The notes beneath the pieces were generated by a model. It did no database searches, was not told where the DNA came from, and saw only the letters and a list, made by a program, of their open reading frames with translations. Of a DNA stretch of 64,000 nucleotides, positions 1 to 10,651 are shown in pieces. Made by a program: the position numbers and the translations under genes. Position 1 is the first letter of the stretch, and the number at the start of each line of letters is the position of its first letter. The DNA is from Pelagomonas calceolata (Eukaryota): positions 248,001-312,000 of the forward strand of contig CAKKNE010000004.1 of assembly GCA_918797485.1 (NCBI GenBank), read 5' to 3'.

Positions 1-285
1 CGGCGTCACGGCGCCGGCGTTTTGAATGGCCAGCGCCGAGACGCGCGCCTCGGCGCCCGGCGGGCCGTAGTATTCGCTGCCGCCGCCAATCAATCCTGCA
101 TCCGTGCGCGCGCCGATCGATGCGCAGGCGCGACTCGCGACCTTTGCTACGGCCGCGGTTTGTTGCGAGTCCGTCAGCCAGAGCAGCGCGTCCGGTTTCG
201 CCTCTTGGAGTTTAGCAGCGAACTTGGTGCAGAGCTGCTCGATGCTGGGTGCGGCTACTGCCAGGGATTTGATGCGTAGCGCCAT
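1..285 (-). CDS. 5' part of a hypothetical protein, possibly a FIST-N domain; runs off the left edge
   Basis: ATG at 285 is open to position 1: MALRIKSLAVAAPSIEQLCTKFAAKLQEAKPDALLWL...IGARTDAGLIGGGSEYYGPPGAEARVSALAI. Absent from the ORF track because there is no stop in the window. FIST resemblance is by eye only. Confidence 0.5.
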   Translation of the reverse strand, partial: MALRIKSLAVAAPSIEQLCTKFAAKLQEAKPDALLWLTDSQQTAAVAKVASRACASIGARTDAGLIGGGSEYYGPPGAEARVSALAIQNAGAVTP

Positions 286-474
286 TACTGCTGCAAAATT
301 TTGATGGCAAGCGACGTGCGGTAAGAAACAGCTTCTGTTCCAGAGAGATGCGGCAGCGCCGGTCGAGCAATGAGGCCGCGCACTCACAAAAAGTCGCCAC
401 TGCAGGCTGTGACGGGTTTTGAAGCTGCAATTGTGGACGATCTCTACTTAGGCAAGTTCGAAACGTAAGAATTG

Positions 475-1578
475 TTACTTCCTACCCGCGTCGATAGCGC
501 TCCGTCTCTCGCGCCGCCGACGCAACTCCCCCGTCTCGACATCGTAGAGAGATACGGTGTTGTCCCACGAGCCGATAGCGATGGTCGCGGAATCTGGGCT
601 GAACGCGACGGTGGGCACCGCGCCGCCGCGCCTCAGCACTCGGCGACAGATGAAGCGATCCCTCACGTCGAAGAGCGTCACGGCCCCGGTGAAGTCGCCC
701 ACCGCGAGCCAGCGCCCGCACCGCGAGAAGTCCGAGCTCTCGACGGAGCCGCCGAAATGGAGCGTGCGCAGTCGCGCGCCCGTCGCTGCGTCATATACGG
801 CGAGCATCATGAAACGGTTCCCGGCCACGACCATCGACGAGTCCGGAGAGAATTTGACGGTGAATATCAGGTTGCCGCCCGGCCTCTCCCACCTCATCGT
901 CGCTCCCGTGGCCAAATCATACACCGCCAATAAAGCGTCGTCGCCGCCGCAGGCCAGCAGTTGCCCGTCCGGACTGAATGCAACCGCGTTCACCTCTCCG
1001 TCGCGGAAGAGCTCCTTGCGCACCTCGTAGGTCGTCGTGTCGTACAAGGTAACCTTCTCGTCCTGACCGCCGGCGGCGAGCGTTGCGCCGCCCGGAGCGA
1101 ACGCCACGGCCCAGACGACGCCTTCGCGCTGCCACGTGTGCCGCAAGGCGCCGTCGACGTATAACGTGCAGAAATCAACGTTGCCCTCGTGATCAATACC
1201 GCCCGCTGCGAACGTCAGACCAGGCTCGTCCGAGAACGCGAGCGCCCGGACCTCGCGTCCCGTGCCCATGTCATAATTCGTCTGGCGATAACACAGCTGG
1301 CCCGTAGTTGAATCGTACACGCTAATATCGCGGCCGGCGTCCGTAGCCACATATCTCCCGTCGGACGAGTAGCACACGTTCCAGAGCTGTTTGCAGTCGC
1401 ACCCGCATCGGAGCACGAACGCCCGTCGCAGCGCCGCGTAGTCCTTGCAGATTCGCGCGACGCTCGCATCGTCGCGCTCGTCCAAAAAGCCGAGGACCGT
1501 GTACAAGATGCCCTCTTGGAGGGCCGGGCCGCGCAGGCGTGCCGCGCGGCGGCGTCCGGCACGAGTCGCGATGCGCAT
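475..1578 (-). CDS. WD40-repeat protein with possible N-terminal F-box-like segment
   Basis: Repeated V.AVAFSPDG..LA.GG.D..V.LYD units; N-terminal ILYTVLGFLD...ASVARICK. Confidence 0.8.
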   Translation of the reverse strand: MRIATRAGRRRAARLRGPALQEGILYTVLGFLDERDDASVARICKDYAALRRAFVLRCGCDCKQLWNVCYSSDGRYVATDAGRDISVYDSTTGQLCYRQTNYDMGTGREVRALAFSDEPGLTFAAGGIDHEGNVDFCTLYVDGALRHTWQREGVVWAVAFAPGGATLAAGGQDEKVTLYDTTTYEVRKELFRDGEVNAVAFSPDGQLLACGGDDALLAVYDLATGATMRWERPGGNLIFTVKFSPDSSMVVAGNRFMMLAVYDAATGARLRTLHFGGSVESSDFSRCGRWLAVGDFTGAVTLFDVRDRFICRRVLRRGGAVPTVAFSPDSATIAIGSWDNTVSLYDVETGELRRRRERRSAIDAGRK

Positions 1579-1886
1579 TGCAATTGATGCGGCGAGTTGG
1601 GCACTTCAGACACACAGCCTGATTTTGGCTCTATCTGCGCTTCCGCGGCGGCACGGATGCAACGCTCTCGTCGACGGCAGTGCCGCACAACCAGTAGTCA
1701 GTATGCGGGCGTCAGATTGAGATTGGCACCACCACCCTGGCCGTACGAGGCAGGAGGGCGCGGCGGGCGGCGCGCGGCGCGGGAGAGCAGCAAGAGCTGG
1801 ATAAGGAACCGAATTTGGCTCGACGCCATCGACGCGTCCCAAGGCCTCTTCTAAACCTCACTTTACGCCATGGGAACAACGCGTAC

Positions 1887-3410
1887 CTAGGGCTCCGTCA
1901 CGAGCGCCACGGCGTCCTGGGAAGGCCCGTCGTTCTCCGTCCGCGCGAGCCACGCCGACAACGCCGCGACCTGCTCCTTCTGGGCTCTGATGGACGTGCC
2001 GCCCTGCGCGTCCCGCGACTCCGCCGACCGGTCAAAGTCCCAGAGCGCCGCGACGTCCGCGTCGCTATCGTTCTCGAAGGCCGGGTGGAGAGTAGCTAAT
2101 TGAGCTTTGGACAACCCCGCGAGCGACGTGTTCTCCTTTTCAGCGAGCCGCACGGCGGCCCCAGCCACGTGGTGCGTCTCGCGGAAGGGCACGTTGTGCT
2201 TTCGCACCAGATGCTCGGCCAAATCGGTCGCGAGCATCGCCGGCTCCAGAGCGCTCCGCATGCGCTCGGGGTGGATCTCCGTCGTCGTGAGCACGCCCCG
2301 CGCCACCTCCAGAGCGACCCTCAACTGGTGCGCGGCGTCGAAGACGGGCTCCTTATCTTCTTGGAGGTCCTTGTTGTAGGCCGACGGGCACGACGCGAGG
2401 AGCGACGTGAGCGTCGCCTGGTGGCCCGCCAAGCGCGCGGCCTTGCCCCTCAAGAGTTCGAGCGCGTCGGGGTTGCGCTTCTGGGGCATGAGCGACGAGC
2501 CCGTCGAGTAGCGCTGCCCAAAGGACACGAACGCGAACTCTTTCGTCCCGTAAATAATCAAATCCTCGGCCCACCTCGACAGGTGCACGCCGAGCAACGC
2601 CGCCCACTGCGTGAACTCGACGGCGAAGTCGCGGTCCGAGACCGAGTCCATGGAATTGGGAGTGGGACCCCCGCCAAACTTGAGGGCATCGCTCAGCTTC
2701 CGGCGCTGCTCCTCGTCGAAGAAGGGGTGGCCCGCCAAAGCTCCCGAGCCGAGCGGGCACCGATCACTGCGCGCCCACAACGCGTCCAGCCGCTCCGCGT
2801 CGCGCGTCCACGCCCAGGCGTGGCTCATCAACCAGTGCGAATATCTCACCGGTTGGGCTCTCTGGAGATGCGTGTAGCCGGGCATGAGGGCGCCCTGCGC
2901 TTCGTCAGATCCGGCCACGTCTCTCGCATCTTCCACGAGGCCTCTGAGCAATGATCGCAACGCGTGCACCTCGGCCCGCAACCACAATCGCAGATCCGTG
3001 GCGACCTGATCATTTCTCGACCGGCCCGTGTGCAACCGGCCGGCGATGTCCGTGCCCACCAGATCACCTAATCGCCGTTCATTCGCGGTGTGAATGTCCT
3101 CGTCGCCCTCAATCTCCACAAATTTATTATCGGCCCACTCCTTGCGCACGTCGCTCAGTCCTTGGCGCATCTTGCTCGATTGGTCTGAATCAATGACGCC
3201 GGCCTCCGTGAGTGCAGCAGCGTAAGCTTTAGAGCCGGCAAGGTCCGCGGCCCAGAGCCTCTTGTCGAAGGGCAAGGAATCATTAAACAGCTCCATGGTC
3301 TTGTCCGTGGCCTCCCCGAAGGCGCCGCCCCAGAGCTTCGCCGGTTTCTTGGTCTCGCTCGACATGGCTCGGCCGGCGAGCCTTGCAGTGGTGCGGGAGA
3401 GGGCGCGCAT
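1887..3410 (-). CDS. argH: argininosuccinate lyase with N-terminal transit-peptide-like extension
   Basis: KLWGG, EDIHTANERRL, HTGRSRNDQVATDLRLW, MPGYTHLQRAQP and the fumarate-lyase signature GSSLMPQKRNPD. Confidence 0.97.
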   Translation of the reverse strand: MRALSRTTARLAGRAMSSETKKPAKLWGGAFGEATDKTMELFNDSLPFDKRLWAADLAGSKAYAAALTEAGVIDSDQSSKMRQGLSDVRKEWADNKFVEIEGDEDIHTANERRLGDLVGTDIAGRLHTGRSRNDQVATDLRLWLRAEVHALRSLLRGLVEDARDVAGSDEAQGALMPGYTHLQRAQPVRYSHWLMSHAWAWTRDAERLDALWARSDRCPLGSGALAGHPFFDEEQRRKLSDALKFGGGPTPNSMDSVSDRDFAVEFTQWAALLGVHLSRWAEDLIIYGTKEFAFVSFGQRYSTGSSLMPQKRNPDALELLRGKAARLAGHQATLTSLLASCPSAYNKDLQEDKEPVFDAAHQLRVALEVARGVLTTTEIHPERMRSALEPAMLATDLAEHLVRKHNVPFRETHHVAGAAVRLAEKENTSLAGLSKAQLATLHPAFENDSDADVAALWDFDRSAESRDAQGGTSIRAQKEQVAALSAWLARTENDGPSQDAVALVTEP

Positions 3411-3538
3411 CGATGGCGTGCTGCTTGCGTGCAGTCGGTTGCTGCGCTATCGAGTGCTCGCTGTGCAACGCTCAGCCTTTGAGATTGCTTCACGATGTCA
3501 AATGACAGCTGCAATCCTAGACGCTGCGTATGCGTTAT

Positions 3539-3559
3539 CTAGCGTAGCGACATACTAGC
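3539..3559 (-). promoter_or_regulatory. CTAG-bracketed promoter palindrome, variant
   Basis: GCTAGTATGTCGCTACGCTAG, ~130 nt upstream of argH. Confidence 0.45.
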
Positions 3560-3674
3560 GATGCACGGTGGGCCCGGGGGAGCGGAGGGGGTACGGGGGA
3601 CCCCGCGACGTGACTAGCCTGAGCCATAGTTTACTACACCCACTTGCTTACCTAGTACGGAAGGACCCCACGTC

Positions 3675-4600
3675 TCACGGCATCGTCAGCCCGCCGTCGA
3701 CGGAGAGGCTCTGGCCCGTGACGGCGTCGGACGCCGGCGCCGCGAAGAAGACGCACGCCGTCGCGAAGTCTTCGACGGTCGTCGTCTTGCGGAGGGGCGT
3801 CGCTCCGGCGACGTAGCCGAAGACCTCGTCCGTCGTTAGCGACGACGCGTCCGTGCGCTCGAGCAGCCCGCCCGCAACGAGGTTGACGCGCACGCCGAGC
3901 GGGCCGAGCTCGGCGGCCAGATTGCGTGTTACACTCACGAGCGCGGCCTTCGCTGCGGAGTAGTCGTAGTACCTGTGTGGAAATCAAATTTCGGGGCCCC
4001 ACGCGCGTCGATGCTGTCTCCGTCAACCTAACTCACTGGTTGATTTCAACGCAGCTAGTACGTCACGACGGGATTATAAACCAGGTTCGTGCCGACGTTA
4101 ACAATCTTGCCGTACTTGGTGGCCTCGAACGACGGCAGGCACGCCTGCGCGGCGTTGACGGCGCCCTGCACAGTGCCTCGCATCTGCGCGTCGATGCTCT
4201 CCCACGACACCGTTTTGAGCGAGGCCGACGCGGACGTCGGGTCGAACTTATATGATTGCAGCGCGTTGTTGACGAGGACCGAGACCTTGGCGCCGAAGTG
4301 GGCCTCGGCCGTCGCTACCAATGCATCCATGTCCGCTTTCACTCTTACATCTCCGTAGACCGCCAACGCCTGCTCGCCGATCTCGGCGACCACGGTTTCG
4401 GCCTTTTCCTTGCTCTGAAAGTAGTTCACGACGACCATGGCGCCCTCGCTCGCAAAGGTTCTCGCGAGCTCGGCGCCGACGCCACGCGAGGCACCGGTGA
4501 TCACGACGAGACGGCCCGCGAGCTGGCCGGCGGGAGCGGAGCACTCGTCCGCCGCCGACGACACGACGGCGGCCATCGATAATAACAGGCGAGTGAGCAT
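3675..4600 (-). CDS. short-chain dehydrogenase/reductase (FabG-like), 2 exons: 4600-4062 and 3972-3675
   Basis: TGASRGVG and VNNA motifs; splicing out 3973-4061 gives NPVVTYYDYSAAKAA (catalytic YxxxK) and the C-terminal VTGQSLSVDGG. Confidence 0.9.
3973..4061 (-). mobile_element. introner element forming an 89-nt GT-AG intron
   Basis: TIRs CTGTGTGGAAATC (3973) and GATTTCAACGCAG (to 4054); TSD GTACTA(C)G supplies the GT donor; removal restores the SDR frame. Confidence 0.9.
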
Positions 4601-4769
4601 GCTGAAGTGCAGTTTTGTGGCAACTTTTGTTGTGAGCCTTGCAAAGCCACACAACTTGTGGACAATGTGGCCTTCAATAAATGGTAGTTCGCAATTGCAG
4701 ATTTGAAAAACTATGCCTAATTCACGGCTAGCTCCTGAACCTTCACTGGCCACAAAAATCCTATAATCC

Positions 4770-4789
4770 CTAAGGTGTGACACACTAGC
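4770..4789 (-). promoter_or_regulatory. promoter palindrome, variant
   Basis: GCTAGTGTGTCACACCTTAG, 170 nt upstream of the SDR gene. Confidence 0.45.
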
Positions 4790-4879
4790 ACCGAGGCTGA
4801 GGCGTCGTTACGCAAACGACGCGCTGCTGATGGAGATACAATAAAGTTACCAAATAAAAGGAGAAAGCGAACGAGCGGC

Positions 4880-5956
4880 TCAAGAACGCCACCGCCGGAA
4901 CGGGTTCCAAGACGACGACGCCGCCGCCGGCCACGGCCGCTCGTTCGCCGCCTTCGCCGCGTCGTCGATCACCGCCAGGAGCGCCTCCATGAATTTCCCC
5001 GTCGCCGTGTTGTGGATGCTGTGACCGCCTTCCACGAACTCCCTTACCTGAACCGAAGGCAGGCGCTTCTGCATGTCCCGAATGCCGTCCGGTCCGTCCC
5101 AATCCGTCACCGTGCCTCCAAACGCCGTGGGCCCCGCGACCCAGAGGTGGACCGAGAACGGCAATGCTTTGTGCGAAGCGAGGGCGTCCCAATTGCGAGT
5201 CGCAGCATCGCAGGCCAGCACGTTCGCGCGCGCGAGCTGCTGCGCTTGCGGGTTCACGTCGCTCCAGTAGCCGCCGCCGGCGATGGGCCGGACCCGCGAC
5301 CCGAGCCAGCCCTGGACGCGGTCGGCCTCGTAGTGCTTCTCGAGGGCCGCGACCGCGTCCTTTTCACTCGCAAATTCCCTATCAAATTCTTCGATCTCCT
5401 CGGTCTCCTGGGGCCGCCGGCCCCACTTCTCGCGGTTCCGGCAGTCCATGTCCTCGACGACGACCGCCGCGAGGCGGTCGGGTGCTTCCCGCGCGGAAAT
5501 CGCCGCCACGGCCATGGCCACGCGGCCGCCCATGCTGTGGCCCACGAGGATCCAAGGTCTCTGAACGCCGTGCTGGACCTCGACGGCGTGGATCACGTCC
5601 CTCGCCAGCGCCTCCGTGGAAAAGCTCGCCGGATCACCGAGCGGGCTCTCGCCGTGGCCGCGCTGGTCGAGCGCCAGCGCGGGCAGGCCCGCCTCGTGCA
5701 GCTTCGGCAATACCTGGTGCCACGTCTGCTTGCTGCTGTCGAGGCCGTGTACCAATACAGTGGTGGGCGTGTTCCTGCCGCGTACGCTCGAGGCGAGCGG
5801 CACGCGCTTATCGCCGCCCAGCGAGAGCGCGCTCGACTGTTGTCCGAGCAGCGCTGCTGCCGGCGCCCATCTAGCAAGCTGCCACAGTCTTGGGCTGGCC
5901 ATGGTGATGAGTGCTACGAGATAGCCAACGAGAGCGCCGACGAGGAGCTGGCGCAT
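4880..5956 (-). CDS. alpha/beta hydrolase (ABHD11/YbfF-like)
   Basis: LVHGL, DQRGHGES, GHSMGG nucleophile elbow, C-terminal GGHSIH. Confidence 0.88.
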   Translation of the reverse strand: MRQLLVGALVGYLVALITMASPRLWQLARWAPAAALLGQQSSALSLGGDKRVPLASSVRGRNTPTTVLVHGLDSSKQTWHQVLPKLHEAGLPALALDQRGHGESPLGDPASFSTEALARDVIHAVEVQHGVQRPWILVGHSMGGRVAMAVAAISAREAPDRLAAVVVEDMDCRNREKWGRRPQETEEIEEFDREFASEKDAVAALEKHYEADRVQGWLGSRVRPIAGGGYWSDVNPQAQQLARANVLACDAATRNWDALASHKALPFSVHLWVAGPTAFGGTVTDWDGPDGIRDMQKRLPSVQVREFVEGGHSIHNTATGKFMEALLAVIDDAAKAANERPWPAAASSSWNPFRRWRS

Positions 5957-6039
5957 GTATTTCTATACAGCACTGCACGAATTTGGCGTACAAGCCGCAG
6001 CGAGCTCTGTCCGCAGCTTTTGCTGCCTTGCCAATGGTT

Positions 6040-6063
6040 GCTAGTGTCTTACAGGACGCTAGC
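6040..6063 (+). promoter_or_regulatory. promoter palindrome
   Basis: GCTAGTGTCTTACAGGACGCTAGC between divergent genes. Confidence 0.7.
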
Positions 6064-6311
6064 TGTCGAGGTTTGGCGCAGAGAGAAATCGGCGCGACGC
6101 AGGCCCCGTCCGCGTGACCGAGTGCCGATCTTCTTTTCTCCGGCGCGGCTTCCACCCGCGGGACCAAAATAAAGCGTTCCTCACCATTTCCTGTCAGTGA
6201 TATTTTCACAAATCAATCCAGCTCCGACGGTCGCTTGCGGGTTGCGTAAGCGCGAGAATAGACAGCCCCGCGCAAGAGAGAGTAGTTAAGCGGTCACGGA
6301 CCCTGCGCAAT

Positions 6312-7070
6312 ATGGGTGATTTCGCAACCCTCCGATTCGGCCCGAAAAACGCTAGTCGACGCGTCGTCTTCGGCCACGGCATCGGCGGGTTAGATAGATT
6401 CGCCAACACCTTCATTAAGGGCGCCGTGGAGCACTGGTCCACGGACCCGCGGCTCCGCCACGTCGAGTTCATCGTGCCGACGGCGCCGACGCGGGATATG
6501 AGTATGTTTGCAGCAGGCGCAACGGCGGATGTCAGAGAGATGCTAGGTGACGCGAAGCTGCCGGCCTGGTTTGACGCTGGACAGGACGCGTCACTACCTA
6601 ATGGCTGGCGACTCAACCGCGAACACATCGCGGAGTCGAAGCGGACGTACATCAATCTGGCGACGCAGGACGGCGCAACACTCGAGACCACGGTCTTCGG
6701 CGGGTTCTCGAACGGCGGCGCCCAGGCCTTGGTCACCGGCCTCCAGACCCCGTGCGCCGGGATCTTGTGCCTCTGTTCGTCGCTCTTTGGCTTTCGCGAA
6801 TTTGATGACAAAGACCTGCAAATCCCGAAGCCAGTTCTCTACTGCACCGGCGAGAAGGACCCGTACGTACCGCTCGAAGAAATCGAGAAGGACAAGGCGT
6901 TCCTCGCGGACCGCTCGGCATGCGACGTCCAGGTCCGAACGTTCAATATGGGCCACGAGTCCTGCGAGCAGGAGCTCGCGGTCTGCGCGAACTGGCTGGC
7001 GAAGGTGCTCGCGGTCGACGGCGACGACGACGCTTTGGGGGCCGCGGCGGGCGTGGACTTCATCAAGTAG
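6312..7070 (+). CDS. phospholipase/carboxylesterase (acyl-protein thioesterase-like)
   Basis: HGIGG, PTAP, PAWFD, GGFSNGG, GEKDPYVP, MGHES. Confidence 0.85.
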   Translation: MGDFATLRFGPKNASRRVVFGHGIGGLDRFANTFIKGAVEHWSTDPRLRHVEFIVPTAPTRDMSMFAAGATADVREMLGDAKLPAWFDAGQDASLPNGWRLNREHIAESKRTYINLATQDGATLETTVFGGFSNGGAQALVTGLQTPCAGILCLCSSLFGFREFDDKDLQIPKPVLYCTGEKDPYVPLEEIEKDKAFLADRSACDVQVRTFNMGHESCEQELAVCANWLAKVLAVDGDDDALGAAAGVDFIK

Positions 7071-7173
7071 ACGGCGCGGTGCGAATCTTGGGGTTCTGGT
7101 GATAGAGCTTGAATAATTATCAATCAATCGGGTTTGGAGGCAGATGCCTCTAGAGGGATGCCCAGGGGCTATG

Positions 7174-7197
7174 GCTAGTGTCTTACAGGCCGCTAGG
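7174..7197 (+). promoter_or_regulatory. promoter palindrome
   Basis: GCTAGTGTCTTACAGGCCGCTAGG upstream of the Hsp70-like gene. Confidence 0.7.
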
Positions 7198-7453
7198 CCA
7201 AAAAATATAAAGCCACGGCGAGCTGCAACTTTCAGCGTGCGACGACGACACTGAGTTGTTGAAGCATTGCGTGCAGTGCACAGTGCAAGGTTGCGTTGCG
7301 TGCAGCCAGAAGCAGCATCGCTGCGGAGCGTATCTTCTGAGCGAGTTGCACAACTCACCACAGAGCTGCTCCGCGTGGCATCCGCACGACAGCAAGATTC
7401 ACGCGATCGGAGCGCAATCGCGCACCAAGGCCTAGACAGCGACAGCAACAAGC

Positions 7454-8683
7454 ATGTCCGGCCACATCCTCATCCTCTTCGTGAGCGTGCTCGTCGCGGT
7501 GTCCGCGGTGCTCAGCGCGTTAGGATTCAAGGGAAGGGTGGAAGTCATCGGCGTCGACCTAGGAACCACGTACAGTGTGGCAGCAGTCTCGGAGAAGGGC
7601 CGGGTCCGAGTCTTCGAGGATCCGGTGCGGGGCAAATTGACAGCGTCGACCGTCGCCTTCCTCCAAGATGGGGGCGTCCTCGTGGGCAATGCCGCGAAGC
7701 GCCACGCGTTGAAGGACCCCAAGAACGTGATTTACGACGCGAAGCGCTTCATTGGCCGCAAGTACGACGACCCGACGGTCGCGGAACAGGCGAAAAAGTA
7801 CGCCTTTGCCGTCGTCGAGAACACGACGACGCACGACGCCGCCTTTCGGGTGCATGGTCGCACAATCGCACCAGCCGAAGTCGGCGCGGAGGTCGTGAAA
7901 GCGCTGCTGAAAACAGTGAACGAGGACCTCGGACACGAGAACGTCAAGCGAGCGGTCATAGCCGTCCCGGCGTCCTTTGGGGCCGCCCAGACCGCGGCGA
8001 CGGGCGAGGCTTTTAAAGCCGCCGGTTTGCGAGTGGCAAGAGTGATGCCGGAGCCGGTGGCCGCCGCTGTTGCTTATGGATTACACAAGAAGGAAAACGT
8101 CCATCATATACTGGTCTTTGACTTTGGCGGGGGTACCCTCGATGTGTCGATACTGTACGTCCAGAAAGGTAGCATAGAGGTCGTCGCGAACGGCGGCGAT
8201 AATGATTTAGGGGGTACCGACTTCGACGGCTGCATAGCGGACGACCTAACGAAGCAAGTCAATGCGGTAGCATCCTCAACGGACTGCGACGATTTCGTGA
8301 CGACGGAACCGTGCGAACCCCATGTGCTCCAGCAGCTCGCCGAGGAGATGAAGGTGCAGGTATCCTCGGTCGATACTGTACAAAGAAAGTGCGCCGCGCG
8401 CACGAAAAAGGGCTGCGAGGAGTTAGAACTCACTCTAACGAAGCAGCGCTTCGAGAAGACGTGTGCCCACCTCTTCCAGCGGGCCCTCAAAACCGTCGAC
8501 GACACGCTGACCAACGGCATGCTCACAAAAAAGGATGTGGACGAAGTGGTGCTGGTCGGCGGCACGAGTCGGGTCCCGCACATGAGGGAATTATTACGGA
8601 AGTCTATTGGAGTGTCCAAACTCAATCTAGAAATAGACCCGGACGTGACGGTCGCCGTCGGCGCGGCGAGCATCCTGGACTGA
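7454..8683 (+). CDS. truncated Hsp70 (HSPA13/STCH-like: signal peptide plus ATPase domain, no substrate-binding domain)
   Basis: Hydrophobic N-terminus, IGVDLGTTYS, EPVAAAVAYG, VFDFGGGTLDVS, VLVGGTSRVP; ends just after PDVTVAVGAA. Confidence 0.88.
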   Translation: MSGHILILFVSVLVAVSAVLSALGFKGRVEVIGVDLGTTYSVAAVSEKGRVRVFEDPVRGKLTASTVAFLQDGGVLVGNAAKRHALKDPKNVIYDAKRFIGRKYDDPTVAEQAKKYAFAVVENTTTHDAAFRVHGRTIAPAEVGAEVVKALLKTVNEDLGHENVKRAVIAVPASFGAAQTAATGEAFKAAGLRVARVMPEPVAAAVAYGLHKKENVHHILVFDFGGGTLDVSILYVQKGSIEVVANGGDNDLGGTDFDGCIADDLTKQVNAVASSTDCDDFVTTEPCEPHVLQQLAEEMKVQVSSVDTVQRKCAARTKKGCEELELTLTKQRFEKTCAHLFQRALKTVDDTLTNGMLTKKDVDEVVLVGGTSRVPHMRELLRKSIGVSKLNLEIDPDVTVAVGAASILD

Positions 8684-8804
8684 GTAAGTAGCTATGACTG
8701 GTAAAAAGTGCTCCTTAGAACCGGGAGGATGACTCCTCCGCGCGCTTCCGGCTGATGAGCGCCGCCGCGGGGCTCGACTTCCGCCGCGTCGCCGCGGCGC
8801 GCGC

Positions 8805-9047
8805 CTAGACGAAGTCGTCGTCGTCGTAGACCCTCTGCGGGTTGGACGGCCGGTAGAACCGCGCGCAGGCGCACTTGATCTCCCCGTCGTCGCGGTGCAG
8901 GCCCCCGTAGTCGTAGCGCTGCATGTAGTACGTGAGCACCACGAGGATGGTATAGAGGCCGGCGATCTGTAAAACCCGTTTTGTCCCTCGCAACTTACTC
9001 ACGCGAGCCGCGAGGGTGGGGAAGAGGGAAGGGAGGGAGTATTTCAT
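8805..9047 (-). CDS. small putative single-pass membrane protein
   Basis: 80-aa ATG ORF with hydrophobic IAGLYTILVVLTYY and GC3-rich codons; no family recognised. Confidence 0.4.
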   Translation of the reverse strand: MKYSLPSLFPTLAARVSKLRGTKRVLQIAGLYTILVVLTYYMQRYDYGGLHRDDGEIKCACARFYRPSNPQRVYDDDDFV

Positions 9048-9281
9048 TCAAGCCCACACGTCGTCGTCGACGCCTTGATGATTCGTGGGCTGAGCGCGGT
9101 CGGCAGAGCATCATCATGCCGGCCGGCAGCACGCCGTCGCCGCGGCGCCGTGACGATGCCGCGCAGTAGCGTGAAGCTGCTTAGCGGCTTTGGGCCGGAG
9201 AGCTCCTCGTAGACGAGCACTCGATCCGAACCAAATTCGCAGGTCGGCTGAAAGGAAGAACGAGGCACCACCATAAAACAT

Positions 9282-10343
9282 CTACGCCTCGGCCGGGTCC
9301 CAGAGCCGGATCGTGCCGTCCTCGGACCCCGTGGCGAAGCGGCCCGCCTTCGCGTCGGGGTGGAAGCGCACGCACCTCACGGGACCGCAGTGCCCCTTGC
9401 GCTCCAATGAAACCTTGCCCGTCTTCACGTCAATCACGTGGACGCAGAGGTCACTCCCGACGTCGCCTACTTTTTTCGCACCCTTCTCCACACCCAGGGC
9501 GCCCTGGCGCGACCCCCCATGTCTTCCACCACCGACGACGATCTCTTTGCCGTCGTTCCTGAGAGAAGCCCCTCCTTCTTCCCGGAAGTGGACCGGACAA
9601 TCGATGACCTTCTTCGTAGACGTCCAGCGCACGGCGTCGACCAAGTGGACCTGTTCGCCCGAACAGACCGTTAACGTAGGCCCGAGAGCCCCATTCGTCA
9701 GCTCGAGGTCCATCACAGCATCTTTACCAACATCGATAATAGCAATAGGGTCATCACCGTCCACGCGCGGATCTAAAACACTGACTTTCCCGTCCGCCGC
9801 GCCGCAGACCAGTAACCCGGCTTCGGTCCAAGCGCACTTGTTAACGGTAACTTTCCTGCCATCACTATCGTCTCTCGCTCCAAACAAGCGCTCCGGGCCC
9901 GAAGCACCGAGGCCCGCCTCGACGTCGAAGACGCGTGCCGCGCCTTCTTTGCCCACCGTCGCGAGCAGTCTTCGGTCACTCGAGAAGTCCACACATTTCA
10001 CGACGTGGCGATGATCCAACGTAGCGAGGCAGTTGCCCGTGACCGCGTCCCAGACCTTGGCGGAGAAGTCGCCGCTCCCCGTGGCGCACAAGCGGGCCTC
10101 GGAACACAACTTCGCGGACCACACAGCCCCTTTGTGCCCCGCGAACGTGCCGATCCAGTCGCCCGTCGTCGCGTCTCTCAGCATGGGCTGGCCGTCCAAG
10201 CAGGCGCTCACGAGGAAGTAGCCGTCGGGCGTCTCGGGGCTGAAGGAGACCTCCGCTAAGGGCCGCGTGTGGCCGGGGCAGACGATGGGCGGCGGGCCCT
10301 TGGAGGAGTGCTCGCTGAGCAGTTCTTGGAGGGCGGCGGCCAT
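9282..10343 (-). CDS. STRAP: serine-threonine kinase receptor-associated protein (STRAP/UNRIP), WD40
   Basis: CPGHTRP, YFLVSACLDGQPMLRDATTGDWIGTFAGHKGAVW, GHCGPVRCVRF...ATGSEDGTIRLW; ATG at 10343. Confidence 0.9.
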   Translation of the reverse strand: MAAALQELLSEHSSKGPPPIVCPGHTRPLAEVSFSPETPDGYFLVSACLDGQPMLRDATTGDWIGTFAGHKGAVWSAKLCSEARLCATGSGDFSAKVWDAVTGNCLATLDHRHVVKCVDFSSDRRLLATVGKEGAARVFDVEAGLGASGPERLFGARDDSDGRKVTVNKCAWTEAGLLVCGAADGKVSVLDPRVDGDDPIAIIDVGKDAVMDLELTNGALGPTLTVCSGEQVHLVDAVRWTSTKKVIDCPVHFREEGGASLRNDGKEIVVGGGRHGGSRQGALGVEKGAKKVGDVGSDLCVHVIDVKTGKVSLERKGHCGPVRCVRFHPDAKAGRFATGSEDGTIRLWDPAEA

Positions 10344-10545
10344 CTCTTTGTCGCGCCGGCGGCGTGCTGCGCGGATATGCTTGTGCAGCGAGTGTGCCTG
10401 GGGGGCTCGTAAAACGCAGCGGAAATGCTGTTTTTCGAGTGACCCTCGCAACAAGACGCTCACCGCTTATCCGCAACTTATTCCCACGCCGTGGTTCGCA
10501 GCGCTGGGGCTCAGCAAGCGAGCTGCCTCCTTTTTTGTCTGGCTT

Positions 10546-10569
10546 GCTAGTGTGTTACAGGCCGCTAGC
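10546..10569 (+). promoter_or_regulatory. promoter palindrome
   Basis: GCTAGTGTGTTACAGGCCGCTAGC upstream of STRAP. Confidence 0.7.
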
Positions 10570-10651
10570 CAAACTAGTGCTAGCTCCGTAAAAATATTAG
10601 CAAACGTCAGCACCGTAACAAGTCGGTTTTATAGTAAAAATTCACATCATA

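Noticed and set aside
2100..2954. Many long antisense or overlapping ORFs (e.g. 2100-2954, 5012-6172, 13253-14236, 53641-55104)
   Set aside because: Shadow ORFs of GC-rich genes, Arg/Ala/Pro-rich with no recognisable motifs.
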